DNA of 63,633 bases, the filler included, from Chiloscyllium plagiosum (lineage: Eukaryota): assembly GCF_004010195.1 (NCBI RefSeq). It is 4 parts of 2 records of this genome, joined end to end, with 100 filler letters (N's around TTAATTAATTAA, not from the genome) between each part and the next. Parts side by side here need not be neighbours in the genome. Positions count along the whole stretch, not along the records: positions 1 to 23,819 come from NC_057711.1; 3 more parts are not named here. One strand, written 5' to 3'. A program made the translations under genes and the position numbers. Shown piece by piece: positions 1-13,190 of the stretch. The notes under the pieces are model-generated. The model was given only the letters and a program-made list of their open reading frames with translations, was not told the origin of the DNA and did not search any database. How positions within the stretch are numbered: the stretch's first letter is position 1; every line of letters starts with the position of its first letter.

Positions 1-19
1 CTACCCCTCGGGTCGCAAG

Positions 20-120
20 CCACATTCCTGATGAAGGGCTCTTGCCCGAAACATCGATTCTTCTGCTCCTCAGATGCTGCCTGAACTGCTGTGCTTTTCC
101 ACCACCACATTCTTGACTCC
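20..120 (+). mobile_element. Penelope-like pseudo-LTR fragment (family A) with hammerhead motif
   Basis: CCTGATGAAGGGCTCTTGCCCGAAACATCGATTC...GATGCTGCCTGAACTGCTGTGCTTTTCC; the same sequence recurs more than 10 times in the window. Confidence 0.75.
24..59 (+). ncRNA. Minimal type-I hammerhead ribozyme motif (family A, CpG-decayed)
   Basis: CTGATGA(28-34)-A-GGGC/TCTT/GCCC-GAAAC-ATC-GATT. Confidence 0.55.
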
Positions 121-770
121 ATATAGATCATGTCTACCACTCTGCCATCATCAATCCTCGTTACTCCTTCAAAACACTCAATCAAGTTCATGAGTCATGA
201 CAAAGCCATGCTGACTATCCCTAATCAGTCCTTGTCTTTCCAAATACATGTACATCCTGTCCCTCAGGATTCCCTCCAACAACTTGCCTACCACCGATGT
301 CAGACTCACCTGTCTATAGTTCTCTGGCCTTTCCTTACCGCCTTTCTTAAAAAGTGACACCACGTTAGCCAACCTTCAGTCATCCGGCACCTCACCTGAC
401 TATCCATGATACAAATATTTCAGCAAAGTGCCCAGCAATCACCTCCCTAGCTTCCCAGAGAGTTCTAGAGTACACTTCATCAGGTTCTGGGGATTTATGC
501 ACTTTAATGCATTTGAAGACATCCAGCACCTCCTCCTCTGTAATAGGGACATTTTTCAAGATGTCATCATCCAATTCTATACCTCCTGTGTCCTTCTGCA
601 CAATAAACACTATTGCAAAATACTCATTTAGTATCTCCCCTATTCCGCAGCTACACAATACACTGCCATGCTGTTTTTGAGAGGCCCTACTCTCTCGCTC
701 ATTACCCTTCTGTCCTGAATGTATTTATAAAACCCTTTGGATTATCCTTAACTGTATTTGCTAAAGTAAT
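121..770 (-). mobile_element. CR1 LINE ORF2 fragment
   Basis: ORFs 178..372 and 392..658 (-): PENYRQVSLTSVVGKLLE, KSPEPDEVY, SQHGFV. Confidence 0.9.
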
Positions 771-1472
771 TTGAAAGGTCCTGGGGAAAATTGATGTACA
801 GAAAGATCTAGGTGTTGTTGTCCATTATTCCTGAAGGTGGCAACACAGGTCAATAGAGTGGTCAAAAAGGCATACGGCATGCTTTCCTTCATCTTGTATT
901 GAGTACAAGAGCTGGCAGGTCATGTTACAGTTGTTTCAGACTTTGGTTTGGCCACATTTGGAATACTGTGTACAGTTCTGGTTGCCACATTGCCAAAAGG
1001 ATGTGGATGCTTTGGCAAGGTTCAGCAGAATGTTGCCTGGTATGGAAGGTGCTAGCTATGAAGACAGGTTGAGTAGATTAGGATTATTTTCATTGCAAAG
1101 AAGGAGGTTGAGAGGGGACCTGATTGAGGCCTACAAAATCACGACAGGTGTAGATGGGGTGGATCAAAAGAAACTTTTTCCCCAGAGTGAAGGACTCAAC
1201 TACAAGGGGTCATGAGTTCAAAGTGAGATGGGAAAAGTTTAGAGGAGATATGCATGGAAAGTTTTTCACGCAGAGGGTGGTGGGTGCCTGGAATGCGTTG
1301 CCAGTGGAGGTGGTAGGGGCGGGAACGGTAGCGTCATTTAAGATGTATCTAAATAAGATACACGAATGGTCTGGGAGCAAATGGATACAGAAAATAGGTG
1401 ACAGGTTTAGATAGGATTGGTGCAGACTTGAAGGATCAAGGGCCTGTTCCTGTGCTGTAAGGTTCTTTGTTC
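771..1472 (+). mobile_element. CR1 LINE 3' end inserted in the opposite-strand CR1
   Basis: LVWPHLEYCVQFWLP, FFTQRVVGAWN; 3' tail GGCCTGTTCCTGTGCTGTAA..TTCTTTGTTCT. Confidence 0.9.
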
Positions 1473-2430
1473 TATCTCATGTCCCCTTTTTGTCCTCCTG
1501 ATTTCCCTCTCAAGTATACTCCTACTGTGTTATACTCTAAGGTTTCACTCGACCTCGCCTTCTCTATCTGACATATGCTTCCTTCTTTTTCTTAACCAAA
1601 ACCTCATTTATCTCGTCATCCAGCATTCCCTACACCTACCAGCCTTTCCTCACACCCTAACAGGAATATACTGTCTCTGGACTTTCGTTATCTCATTTTT
1701 GAAGGCTTTCCATTTTCCAGCTGTCTCTTTACCTGCAAACATCTGCCCGCAATCAGCTTTTGAATGTTTTTGTCGAATACCATCAAAATTAGCCTTCCTC
1801 CAATTCAGAATTTCAACTTTCAGATTATTCTACCTTTTTCCATTAATATTTTAAAGCCCCAAACTGCTCCCCCACTGACAATTCAGTCACCTGCCCTGCC
1901 TTATTTCCCAACAGTAGGTCAAGTTTTAACTTCTCTAGTAGGTACATCTGCGTACTGAATCTAAAAATTTTCTTGTACACACTTCCTCTCCATATAAACA
2001 CTTAGACTGGGACTATTGGGTCTATAATACAATCGCAGCAAGGTGATTATCCCTTTCTTATTTCTCAGTTCCACCCAAATAACTTCCCTGGATGTCTACC
2101 CAGGAATATCCTCCCTAAGTACAGCAGGAATGCTATACCTTATCAAAAACGCCATTTCCCCCTCCTCTCTTGCCCACCACTCCTGCCCAGCCCCCAGCCA
2201 TCCCAGCATTTGTATCCTGGAACATTAAGCTGCCAATCCTGTGCATCCCTGTTTCTGTAATTGCTATGATATTCCAGTCCCATGTTCCTAAGCGTGCCCT
2301 GAGTTCATCTGCCTCCCCTATTAGGCCTCTTGCATTTGAAGTAAACGCAGTTTAATTTATCAGTCCTACCTTGTTCTCTGCTTTGTTCTTGCTTGCCCCA
2401 ACTATTTGACTTGCTCCCTTTCCCAACTTT
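1473..2430 (-). mobile_element. CR1 LINE ORF2 endonuclease-region fragment (continuation of 121-770)
   Basis: Reverse complement matches the CR1 endonuclease region at about 27180-28150. Confidence 0.75.
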
Positions 2431-3689
2431 ACCAATGTTTTTGAAGATAATAACTAAGTGAAATTGTGTCTCATTGGAACTCATTAAAACTGTAGTTAGG
2501 TTCTTTTAAGACCTTAGCTTTTTTGAAAAAAATCTTAAAACATTATACCATCCAAGTTTAAATATTTACTTTGCTAAATTCCATTGGTAAACGTAAGCTT
2601 TAGATCGAAGGAGTACATATGAGTTCATAGTTGTGGACAGTGAAAGAAAAAGCCATAATCTAAGTCTGCTGGAATTGTGGGAGACAGGAAAAACAATCAC
2701 GAACAGATATCAGGAAACAAACAAACCACCAATCAAGTCACACTGGAAATTATGTTAATTATGATCTCGCGATGCTGACAGGCCCGGGCAACAAATGATA
2801 AAACGAAATAATGTTAGAACAGTTTTAAATTATGTCTTAATACGATGCAGTTTTAAATATACATTTAGACAATTCGCAAGTGACTCAGCATTACCGTTGC
2901 TAAGAGGTACAAGACTATTTCAATTTCACCCTTGTGGCCAGTACAAATTAAGCTTCCAATGGTTCCTGGGCAGTCTGCTGTACACGTTGTTAATTAACAC
3001 AAGTTACGAGCTAATTTATTCACATTTAAATTTAAAGTAAGTCGTAGATTTATAAGTGTTCTCTGCCCAGACAGCGATCTTCAACCGCCAATATAATTCA
3101 GGACTGCTGCCTGTGCATAGCTGGGAGAGACTATTATACCAGAACATCAGTGGAAAACAAAACTAATGCATGCGACATTCACTGTGAAGCAAACCACAAG
3201 ACTAAACTAAAAACATGGAGAAACTTCGAACACATGCACCCTCACTTTCTCAGGATTTGTAGCGTTAGGTCAAACCTGGACGCATTTTCAATAACGGTAA
3301 CTTGCTGGAGCGGTTTCTCACTACATCACGTGCAAATGATCCAGCGAGTCAGTATTGATACACATTCCCCTGTCTCTGCCGCAATCCCAAGAATCCCTAT
3401 CCTAGGTTGATTCCTTATCCCGAGAACCCAGGTTTACCTTGCTACGCGCGGCCATGCCACTTGTCACTCCAATGTATACGTATAGGTGCTGCTCAAGGAC
3501 AAACTATCGTACAATCTTGTCGAAATCGCAATTTTGCCAAGTTATTAGTCAGACCCTATAAGAAGCCATAATCCATAAATATTGCATTTGTAAGAGAGTC
3601 TAAGTGTTAGCAACACCTGGAAAATGAAATTATATATTTCAAATGATTATTCTAAGTTTGTTAACATTTTTCTAAAACACCTCAAAAAC

Positions 3690-5350
3690 GAAATGTTAAT
3701 ATTACAGAGGAGGTGGTGCTGGATGTCTTGAAACCCATGAAAGTGAATAAATCCCCAGGACCTGATCAGGTGTACCCTAAAACTCTATGAGAAGCTAGGG
3801 AATCAATTGCTGGGCACCTTGTATCATCAATAGTCAGGGTGGCTAACACAGTGCTACTATTTAAGAAAGATGGTAAGGAAAAGCCAGGGAACTATAGACC
3901 AGTGAGCCTGTGGTGGGCAAGTTGTTGGAGGGAATCCTGAGGGACAGGCTTTACATGTATTTGGAAAGGCAAGGACTGATTAGGGATACAGTCAAGATTA
4001 GAGTGGTGTTGGAAAAGCACGGCAGGTCAGGCAGCATCTGAGGAGGAGGAAAATCAATGTTTCGGGCAAAAGCCCTTCATCAGAAATCAAGGATAAAGAT
4101 AGTCAGCCATGGCTTTGTGCATGGGAAATCATGTCTCATGAACTGGATTCAGTTTTTTGAAAAAGTAACAAAGACGATTGATGTAGACAGAGCGATCGAT
4201 ATGGACTTCAGTAATGCATTTGACACGGTTCCCCATGGATAGCAAGGTTAGATCTCATGAAATGCAGGGAGAACTAGCCATTTGGATACAGAACTGGCTC
4301 AAAGGTAGAAGGTAGAGGGTGTGGTGGAGGGTTGCTTTTCAGACTGGGGGCCTGTGACGAGCTGTGTGCCACAAGGATCACTGCCAGGTCCACTATTTTT
4401 CATCATTTATATAGATGATTTAGATGTGAACATAGGAGGTGTAGTTAGTAAGTTTGTAGTTGACACCAAAATTGGAGGTGCAGTGGACAGCAAAGAAGGT
4501 TGCTTCAGAATAGAATAGGATCTTGATCAGATGGGCCAATGGGTTGAGGAGTGGCAGATGGAGTTTAATTTAGGTAAATGTGAGCTGCTGCATTCTGGAA
4601 AAGCAAATCTGAGCAGGACTTACAAATGATATATCCTGGGTAGTGTAGCTGAACAAAGAGACCTTGGAGCGCAGGTTCATAGTTCCTTGAAAGCAGAATT
4701 GCAGGTAGATAGTATAGTGAAGAAGGCATTTGGTATGCTTTCCTTTATTCGTCAGAGCATTGAGTGTAGACGTTGGGAGGTCATGTTGCAGCTGTACAGG
4801 ACATTGGTTAGGCGACGTTTGGAATATTGCATGCAATTCTGGTCTCTTTTCTATCAGAAGGATTTTATAGAACTTGAAAGAGTTCAGAAAAGATTTACAA
4901 TGATGTTGCCATGTTTGGAGGATTTGAGCTATAGTGAGAGGCAGAATAGGCTGTGGCTGTTTTTGCTGGAGTGTCGGAGACTGAGGGGTAATCTTAAGAG
5001 GTTTATAAAATCATGAGAGGCATGGACAAGATAAATAGACACGGTCTTTTCCCTGAGATGGGGGATTCCTGAACCAGAGGGTAAAGGTTCAGGGTGAGAG
5101 GAGAAAGATATACAGCAAAAGGGAACAAAGCGGCAACTTTTTTACATAGAGGGTGGTGTGTGTATGGAATGAGCTGCCAGAGGAAGTGATGGAGGCTGGT
5201 ACAATTATAGCATTGAAAAGGCATCTGAATGGGTTTAGAGGGTTACAGGCCAAGTGCTGGCAAATGCAACAAGATTAGGTCCGGATATCTCATCGTCATG
5301 GAACTGTTGAACCAAAGTGTTTCTTTCCATGCTGTACATGTCTATGACTC
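3690..5350 (+). mobile_element. CR1 LINE ORF2 RT to 3' end, interrupted by a family A fragment (about 3990-4095)
   Basis: MDFSNAFDTVPH, VPQGSLPGPLFFIIYIDDL, LEYCMQFWS; 3' CTATGACTC tail. Confidence 0.9.
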
Positions 5351-5714
5351 CTGAAGTAGGAATAAGGCATCATTCAACTCTTTTAGAACAACATGCTTGT
5401 CAGTTAGGCCATGGCTGATCTACATCTAAAACATTCATCCACATGGTTCCATAATTCTTTTCACCCTTACCTAACTAGCGATATATCAATGCCAGTTCTA
5501 ACATTTTCAGTTGACACAACCATCTGGTCTGTGAGATGTGGTTTCTGGCATCACCCTGAATGCCTTAATTCTAATTTTAAGATTGTGCGTCCTTGTGCTG
5601 GATTCCTCTAAAGAGAAGTGTTTCTCTCTATGTTCTCCGACAAATCCCTGAAATAACAATATAATCCATAAGCTTCTAAACTCAAGAGGACGCTTAGTCT
5701 ATGAAACATTTTGT

Positions 5715-8068
5715 TTTAGAGCAGTATGTCAATAGTCCGACGAGGGAAGGGGCCATATTTGACCTGGTACTGAGGAACGAGCCAGGATAGGTGGGAGAAG
5801 TTGCGGTGGGGGATTTCTTTGGGAACAGTGACCACAATTCTGTAAGTTTTAGAAAACTCGTAGATCAAGAAGAGAGTGGTCCTAAGGGAAGAGTATTAAA
5901 CTGGGCCAAGGCCAATTATATCAAAATTAGGCAGGAGCTTGGAAATGTGGATTGGACACAGCTATTTGAAGGGAAGTCCACATTTGAGATGTGGGAGGCT
6001 TTCAAAGATAGGTTGAAGATAGTGCAGGATAGGCATGTCCCATTGAAGGCAAAGGATAGGAAGGGCAAGATTCGTGAACCTGGGATGACAGGAGAAATTG
6101 TACGACTAGCCAAGAGGAGAAACGAAGCAAACATAAGGTCTAGGCAGCTAAGAACAGAACAGGCCCTGAAAGAATATCAAAAGAGTGGGACAAGTCTTAA
6201 ACGAGGAATCAAGCGGGCTAAAAGGGGTCATGAAATAGCTTTTGCGAGTAGAATTAAGGAGAATCCCAAAGCATTTTATTCTAATATAAGATGCAAGCGG
6301 GTAACGGAGAAAGGATTGGTCCAGTAAAGGATAACGAAGGAAGGCTGTGTGTCGAACCTGAGAGAATGAGTGAGATTCTGAATGATTACTTTGCATCAGT
6401 GTTCATTGAGGAGAGGAACATGATAAATGTTGAGATTAGAGATAGAAGTTTGATTAGTCTGGATCACGTTGACATAAGTAGGGAAGATGTGTTGGGTAGG
6501 CTAGAGGTTATTAAGGTGGACAAATCCCAAGGACCGGATGGGATCTATCCCAGGTTGCTGAGAGAGGAAATAGCTGGAGCCTTGACAGATATTTCTGTGG
6601 CATCCTTAAATACAGGAGAGGTGCTGGAGAACTGGAGGGTTGCTCATGTTGTCCCCCTGTACAAGAAGGGTAGTAGGGATATTCCGGGTAACTACAGACC
6701 AGTGAGCCTGACATAAGTTGCTGGAGAAGGTACTGAGGGATAGGATCTATTTATATTTGGAAAAGAATGGGGTTATCAGTGATAGGCAACATGGTTTTGT
6801 GCAGGGGAGATCGTGCCTTACCAACTTAATAGAGTTCTTCGAGGAAGTGACCAAGTTGATACATGAAGGAAGGGCTGTTGGTGTCATATACATGGACTTT
6901 AGTAAGGCGTTTGATAAGGTTCCCCATGGTAGACTAATGGAGAAAGTGAAGTCCTATGGTGTGCAGGGTGTTTTAGCTAGGTGGATAAATAACTGGTTGA
7001 GCAACAGGAGACAGACAGTAGTAGTTGAAGGGAGTTTCTTGAAATGGAGAAAGGTGTCCAGTGGTGTTCCACAGGGGTCAGCGTTGGGCCACTGTTGTTT
7101 GTAATATACATAAATGACCTGGAAGAGGGCACTGTTGGTATGATCAGCAAGTTTGTAGATGACACGAATATTGGTGGAGTAGCAGAAAGCATAAGGGACT
7201 GTCAGAGAATACAGGAGATATAGACAGACCAGAGAGTTGGGCAGAAAAGTGGCAGATGGTTTTCAATCCAGACAACTGTGAGTTGATGCATTTAGGCAAG
7301 ACTAATTCTAGAGCGAATTATACAATGAACAGAAGAGCCTTGGGAAACTTGGGAAAAGTTGATGGGCAGAGAGATCTGGGAGTGCAGGTCCATTGTATCC
7401 TGAAGTTTGCTGTACAGGTGGATAGTGTGGTCAAGGCGGCATATAGCATGCTTGCCTTCATTGGACGGGTATTGAGTATAAGAGCTGGCAAGTCACATTA
7501 ACATTGTCCAAGACATTGGTTCGGCCGCGTTTAGAATACTGTGTGCAGTTCTGGTCGCCACATTAACAAAAGGATGTGGATGCTTTGGAGAGAGTGCAGA
7601 GAAGGTTTACGAGGATGTTGCCTGGTATGGAAGGTGCTAGCTATGAAGGGAGGTTGAGGAGGTTAGATTTATTTTCATGAGAAAAAAGGAGATTGAGGTT
7701 TACAAAATCATGAAGGGTCTAGACACGGTGGATAAAGACAAGCTTTTTCCCAGGGTGAAGAATTCAATAATGAGAGGTCACACTTTCAAGGTGAAAGATG
7801 GAAAGTTTAAGGGGGATACACGTGACAATTACTTCACACAGAGGGTGATGGGCATTTGGAACGCGTTGCCAACAGAGGTGGTAGCGGCAGGCACGGTAGA
7901 TTCATTTAAGATGTGACGGGACAGATGCATGAGTAGGAGGGGAGCAGAAGGATACAGGTGCTTAGGAATGGACCAACTGATTTAGACAGTACATTTGGAT
8001 CGCCTCAGGCTTGGAAGGCCCCGAAGGGCCTTATCCTGGGCTGTAAATTTTCTTTGTTTTTGTTCTTT
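5715..8068 (+). mobile_element. CR1 LINE, 5'-truncated ORF2 (about 2.3 kb) with 3' UTR
   Basis: SDHNSV, GNYRPVSLT, YMDFSKAFDKVPH, GVPQGS, YFTQRVMGIWN across frameshifted ORFs 5791-7916. Confidence 0.93.
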
Positions 8069-9560
8069 AGTGTCATCTGCAAATTTACTAACCCATCCTT
8101 CTATGAGAACATCCAGGTCATTTATAAAAAAATGACAAACACTGGCCCCAAAACAGTTCCTTGTGATACATTACTTGTAACTGAACTCCAGGATGAGCAT
8201 TTCCAGCAACCACCACCTTCTATCTTCTTGCAGTTAGCCAATTTCTGATCCACACCGCTGAATCACCCTCAATCCCATGCTCCATATCAAATGCCTTACT
8301 CAAATTCATATATACACATCAACCACTTTACTCTTATCCACCTGTTTTGTCACCTTCTCAAAGGACTCAATAAGGTTTGTGAGGCACGACCTACCCTTCA
8401 CAAAATCGTGCTGATTATCTCTAATCAACTTATTCCTTTCTAGATGATTATAAATCCTATCTCTTATAACCATTTCCAACACTTTACCCACAACCGAAGT
8501 GAAGCTCACTGGTCTATAATTACCGGAGGTGTGTCTATTCCCCTTCTTGAACAGTCTTCTGGCATGATTCCTCTCGATAAGGACAACATAAAGATCAAAG
8601 CCAAAGGTTCTACAATCTCCTCCCTGGCTTCCCAGAGAATCCTAGGATAAATCCCATCCAGCCCAGGGGATTTATCTATTTTCACACTTTCCAGAATTGC
8701 TAACACCACCTTCTTGTGAACCTCAATCCCGTCTACTCTAGTGGCCTGTGTCTCACTATTCTCCTTGACACGTTGTCTTTTTTCAGTGTGAATACTGACG
8801 AAAAATACTCATTTAGCGCTTCTCCTATCTCCTTTGACTCCATGCACAACCTCCCACTACTGTCCTTGATTGGCCCTAATCTTACTCGAGTCATTCTTTT
8901 ATTCTTGACATACCTATAGAAAGCTTTTTCTTGGGCTTTCCTTGAGCCTACCTGCTGACGACTTCTCATGTCCCCTCCTGGCTCTTCCTTGCACTCACTC
9001 TAGGAATTTCCTCACTAATTTGCAACTCTCAAGCGCTCTAACTGAACCTTCACGTCTCATCCTAAAATAAGCATTCTTCTTCCTCGTGACAAGAGATTCA
9101 ATGTCTTCCATAAACCACCGCTCCCTCACTCAACCACGTTCTCCCTGCTTGACAGGTAAGTAAGCAGTAGCTGTTCCTTGAATAAGCTCCACATTTCTAT
9201 TGTTCCCAATTCCCTGCAGTTTCCTTCCCCATCCTATGCATCCTAAATCTTACCTCATTGTATCATAATTGCCTTTCCCCCAGCTATAATTCTTGTCCTG
9301 CAGTATATACCAATCCCTTTCCATTGCTGAAGTAAACATAACTGAATTGTGGTTAATATCACCAAAGTGCTCACCTCCCATCAAATCTAACACCTAGCCG
9401 GGTTGATTAATGAGTACCAAATCTAATGTGGCCCTGCCCCTTGCTGGCCTGTTTACATACTGTCAAGAGACACTCCTACAATGTTGGACAAAAACTGACC
9501 CATCTAAAGTACTCAAACTATAGCATTTCCAGTCAATATTTGGAAAGTTAAAATTACATA
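8069..9560 (-). mobile_element. CR1 LINE ORF2 fragment
   Basis: ORFs 8306..8969 (-): GRSCLTNL, KSPGLDGIYPRIL, ALNEYFSSVFT. Confidence 0.88.
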
Positions 9561-9679
9561 ACGTACAATTGATTACCAGTTTACAGAAACAATTAATGTT
9601 TCAAAAGCTAACATCAAAGGAGTTATTTTACAACATAGTTGAAATCAACATACAGTAAATTTTTATAGAAGTTTATAGA

Positions 9680-10003
9680 ATTCCGAAATATCCTTTAGGC
9701 CCAACAGGTTCATACTGACTCTCAGAAGAGCATCTCACCCAGACTTACCCTCCTACTCTAATCCTGATACCCTAATGTAATGGCTAATCCACCTAACCTG
9801 CACATCCCTGGACACTATGGACAATTTAGCATAGCCAATCCACCTAACCTGCACATCTTTGGACAATGGGAGGAAACAGAGCATCCGGAGGAAACCCCCA
9901 AGAGAACATGCAAACTCCAAGCAGACAGTCACTGGAGGCAGGAATTGTACCCACTGTATTCACTGGCGCTGTGAGGCAGCAGTGCTAACCCACTGAGCCG
10001 CCC
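9680..10003 (-). mobile_element. tRNA-derived V-SINE (HE1-like)
   Basis: Minus strand begins GGCGGCTCAGTGGGTTAGCACTGCTGCCTCACAGCGCC, followed by a V-domain-like TTTGCA..TTCCTCC..TCCAAAGATGTGCAGGTTAGG. Confidence 0.8.
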
Positions 10004-10029
10004 CTCAGATAAAGGTATGGTTGTGTTAC

Positions 10030-11180
10030 AGAGTCATTGAGTCATAGGGATGTACAGCAGAGAGACAGACCCTTCAGCCCAATTCGTCCATGCCGCCCAG
10101 ATGCCCTAACCTAATCTAGTCCCATTTGCTAGCACTTGGCCCGTATCCCTTTAAACCCTTCCCTTGCATATACCCATCCAGCTGCCTTTTAAATACTGTA
10201 ATTGCACCAGCCTCCTCTTCCTCTAGCAGCACATTCCATACACGCATGAAAAGGCTGCATTTAAGTCCCTTTTACATCTTTCCCCTCTCACCCTAAACCT
10301 ATGCCCTCTAGCTCTGGACTCCCCTATCCCAGGGAAAGACTTTGTCTATTTATCCTATCCATGCTCCTCATGATTTTTAAATTTCTATAAGGTCAACCCT
10401 CAGCCTCTGACGCTCTAGGGAAAATAGCCACAGCTTATTCATCCTCTCATTATAGCTCAAATCCTCCAACTCTGGCAACATTCTTGTAAATCCTTTCTGA
10501 ACCCTTTCAAGTTTCACGCTATCCTTTGGATAGGAAGGAGACCAGAACTGCACACAATATTCCAAAAGTGGCCTAACCAATGTTCTGCACAGCCACAACA
10601 TGACCTCTAACTCCTATACTCAATGCTCTGACCAATAAAGGAAAGCATATCGAATGCCCTCTTCACTACCCCATCTACCCGTGACTCTACTTTCAGGGAG
10701 CTATGAACCTGCACTCCAAGATCTTTTTGTTCAGCAACACTCTCCAGGACCTTACCACTAAGTATATAAGTCCAAATGCTATTCCAAAATGCAGCACCTC
10801 GAATGTATCTAAATTAAGCTCCATCTGCCACTCCTCAGCCCATTGGCCCATCTGATCAAGATCTTGTTGTATTCTGAGGTCACCTGCTTCACTGTCCACT
10901 ATACCTCCAATTTTGGTGTCATCTGCAAACTTACTAACTATACCTCCTACATTCACATCCAAATCATTTATATAAATGTCGAAAAGTAGTGGACTCAGCA
11001 TCAATCCTTATGGCACACCACTGGTCACAGGCCTGTAGTCTGAAAAGCAACCCTCCTCCACTACCCTCTGTCTTCTAGAGCCAGTTCTGTGTCCAAATGG
11101 CTAGTTTTCCTTGTAATCCATGAGATCTATCTGTGCTAACTACTCTACTATGAGGAACTTTGTTGAAAGCCTTACTGAAA
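10030..11180 (-). mobile_element. CR1 LINE RT to 3' end
   Basis: SKFADDTKIGG, LVRPLLEYCVQFWSP. Confidence 0.9.
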
Positions 11181-11184
11181 AGAT

Positions 11185-11540
11185 AGAACACCTACTTGCA
11201 GAGCACTTCAGAGAACATCTCCGGAACACCTGCACCAAACAACCCCAACGCCCCGTAGCCAAACCATTCAACTCCACCTCCTGCTCTGCCAAGGACATAT
11301 CAGTCCTGGGCTCCTACATCACCATACCTTCACCACTCGATGCCCAGAGGAAGAACGCCTCATCTTCCCCCTAGGGACCCTCCAACCACACATCATCAAT
11401 ATGGACTTCACCAGTTTCTCATTTCCCCTCCCCCCACCAGTTCAGACCTTCCAACTTGACACAGCCCTCATGACTTATCCTACCTGTCCATCTTACTTCC
11501 AACCCTCCTCTCTGACCTATCACCAGTACCCCCACCTCCA
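11185..11540 (+). mobile_element. Penelope-like GIY-YIG C-terminal fragment (family A body)
   Basis: EHFREHLRNTCTKQPQRPVAKPFNS; homologous to 53825-54240. Confidence 0.7.
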
Positions 11541-11950
11541 TGCTAGCTATGAAGAAAGGTTGAGTAGGTTAGGTTTATTTTCATTAGAAAAATGGAGATT
11601 GAGGGGAGACCTGATTGAGATAGAGACAAGCTTTTTCCCAGGGTGAAGGATTCAATAATGAGAGGTCACACTTTCAAGGTGAGATGTGGAAGGTTTAAGG
11701 GGGATACACATGGCAATTACTTCACACAGAGGGTGGTGGGCGTTTGGAACGTTTTGTCAGCAGAGGTGGTACAGGCAGGCATGGTAGATTCATTTAAAAT
11801 GCACCTGGATAAATGCATGAGTAAGTGGGGTGTAGAGGGATACAGATGCTTAGGAATTGACCGACAGATTTAGACAGTACATTTGGATCGGCTCAGGTTT
11901 GGAGGGCCAAAGGGCCTGTTCCTGGGCTGTAAATTTTATTTGTTTTTAAT
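11541..11950 (+). mobile_element. CR1 LINE 3' end (same subfamily as 7640-8068)
   Basis: SYEERLSRLGLFSLE, YFTQRVVGVWN; 3' UTR closely similar to 7900-8060. Confidence 0.88.
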
Positions 11951-11976
11951 ACTTCAACCACGGTATTATTCTGGTT

Positions 11977-12208
11977 AGGGGATCGGTTTAGCTCAGTTGG
12001 CTGGACGATTGGTCTGCCCAGCAGTGTGATGCCAACAGGGTGAGTTAAATTCCCATCACTGGTTTGAGGTGACATGAAGGATTCTCCTTCTCAAGTTCTT
12101 CCCTCGCCTGAGGCCTGGTGACCCTCAGGTTAATTCAGCACCAGTCGCTTCTCTCTCTAATGAGAGAATAGCTCCTATGGACTGGTAAGTCTATGGCAAC
12201 ACAACAAC
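11977..12208 (+). mobile_element. tRNA-derived SINE (second family)
   Basis: A-box-like TTTAGCTCAGTTGG, B-box-like GAGTTAAATTCC, 3' (CAA)n tail. Confidence 0.6.
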
Positions 12209-12388
12209 ACTTCTCTATTGTGCAACCTACTCTAATGCCCAAAACTGCACCGTACTAGATTTATAGACTTGCCGGCTACTGTTCTCTCCTCCAGGTGTTA
12301 CGAATAAGTGTCCGATAAAGTCAGCAGATTATAGTCCAACATGATTATAGTCCAGATTATAGTCCAACATGACCTATAACCTGGTGTT

Positions 12389-13190
12389 AACATAGAACAT
12401 AGAACAATACAGCACAGAACAGGCCCTTCGGCTCACGATGTTGTGCCGAACTTCTAACCTAGATTAAGTACCCATCCATGTACCTATCCAAATGCCGCTT
12501 AAAGGTCGCCAATGATTCCGACTCTACCACTCCCACGGGCAGCGCATTCCATGCCCCCACCACTCTCTGGGTAAAGAACCCACCCCTGACATCTCCCCTA
12601 TACCTTCCACCCTTCACCTTAAATTTATGTCCCCTTGTAACACTCTGTTGTACCCGGGGAAAAAGTTTCTGACTGTCTACTCTATCTATTCCTCTGATCA
12701 TCTTATAAACCCCTATCAAGTCACCCCTCATCCTTCGCCGTTCCAACGAGAAAAGGCCGAGAACTCTCAACCTATCCTCGTACGACTTCCTCTCCATTCC
12801 AGGCAACATCCTGGTAAATCTTCTCTGCACCCTCTCCAAAGCTTCCACATCTTTCCTAAAGTGAGGCGACCAGAACTCCACACAGTACTCCAAATGTGGC
12901 CTAACCAAAATTCTGTTGAGTTGCAACATCACTTCATGACTCTTGAATTCAATCCCTCTGCTAATGAACGATAATACTCCATAGGCCTTCTTACAAACTC
13001 TATCCACCTGAGTGGCAACCTTCAAAGATCTATGTACATAGACCCCAAGATCCCTCTGTTCCTCCACCTGACTAAGAACCCTACCATTAACCCTGTATTC
13101 CGCATTCTTATTTGTTCTTCCAAAATGGACAACCTCACACTTGGCAGGGTTGAACTCCATCTGCCACTCCTCAGCCCAGCTCTGCATCAT
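12389..13190 (-). mobile_element. Young 5'-truncated CR1 LINE with open ORF2 C-terminus
   Basis: ORF 12459..13274 has no stop from MMQSWAEEWQMEFNPAKC to RHLDRYMD; (TTCTATG)n tail; CpGs retained. Confidence 0.93.
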
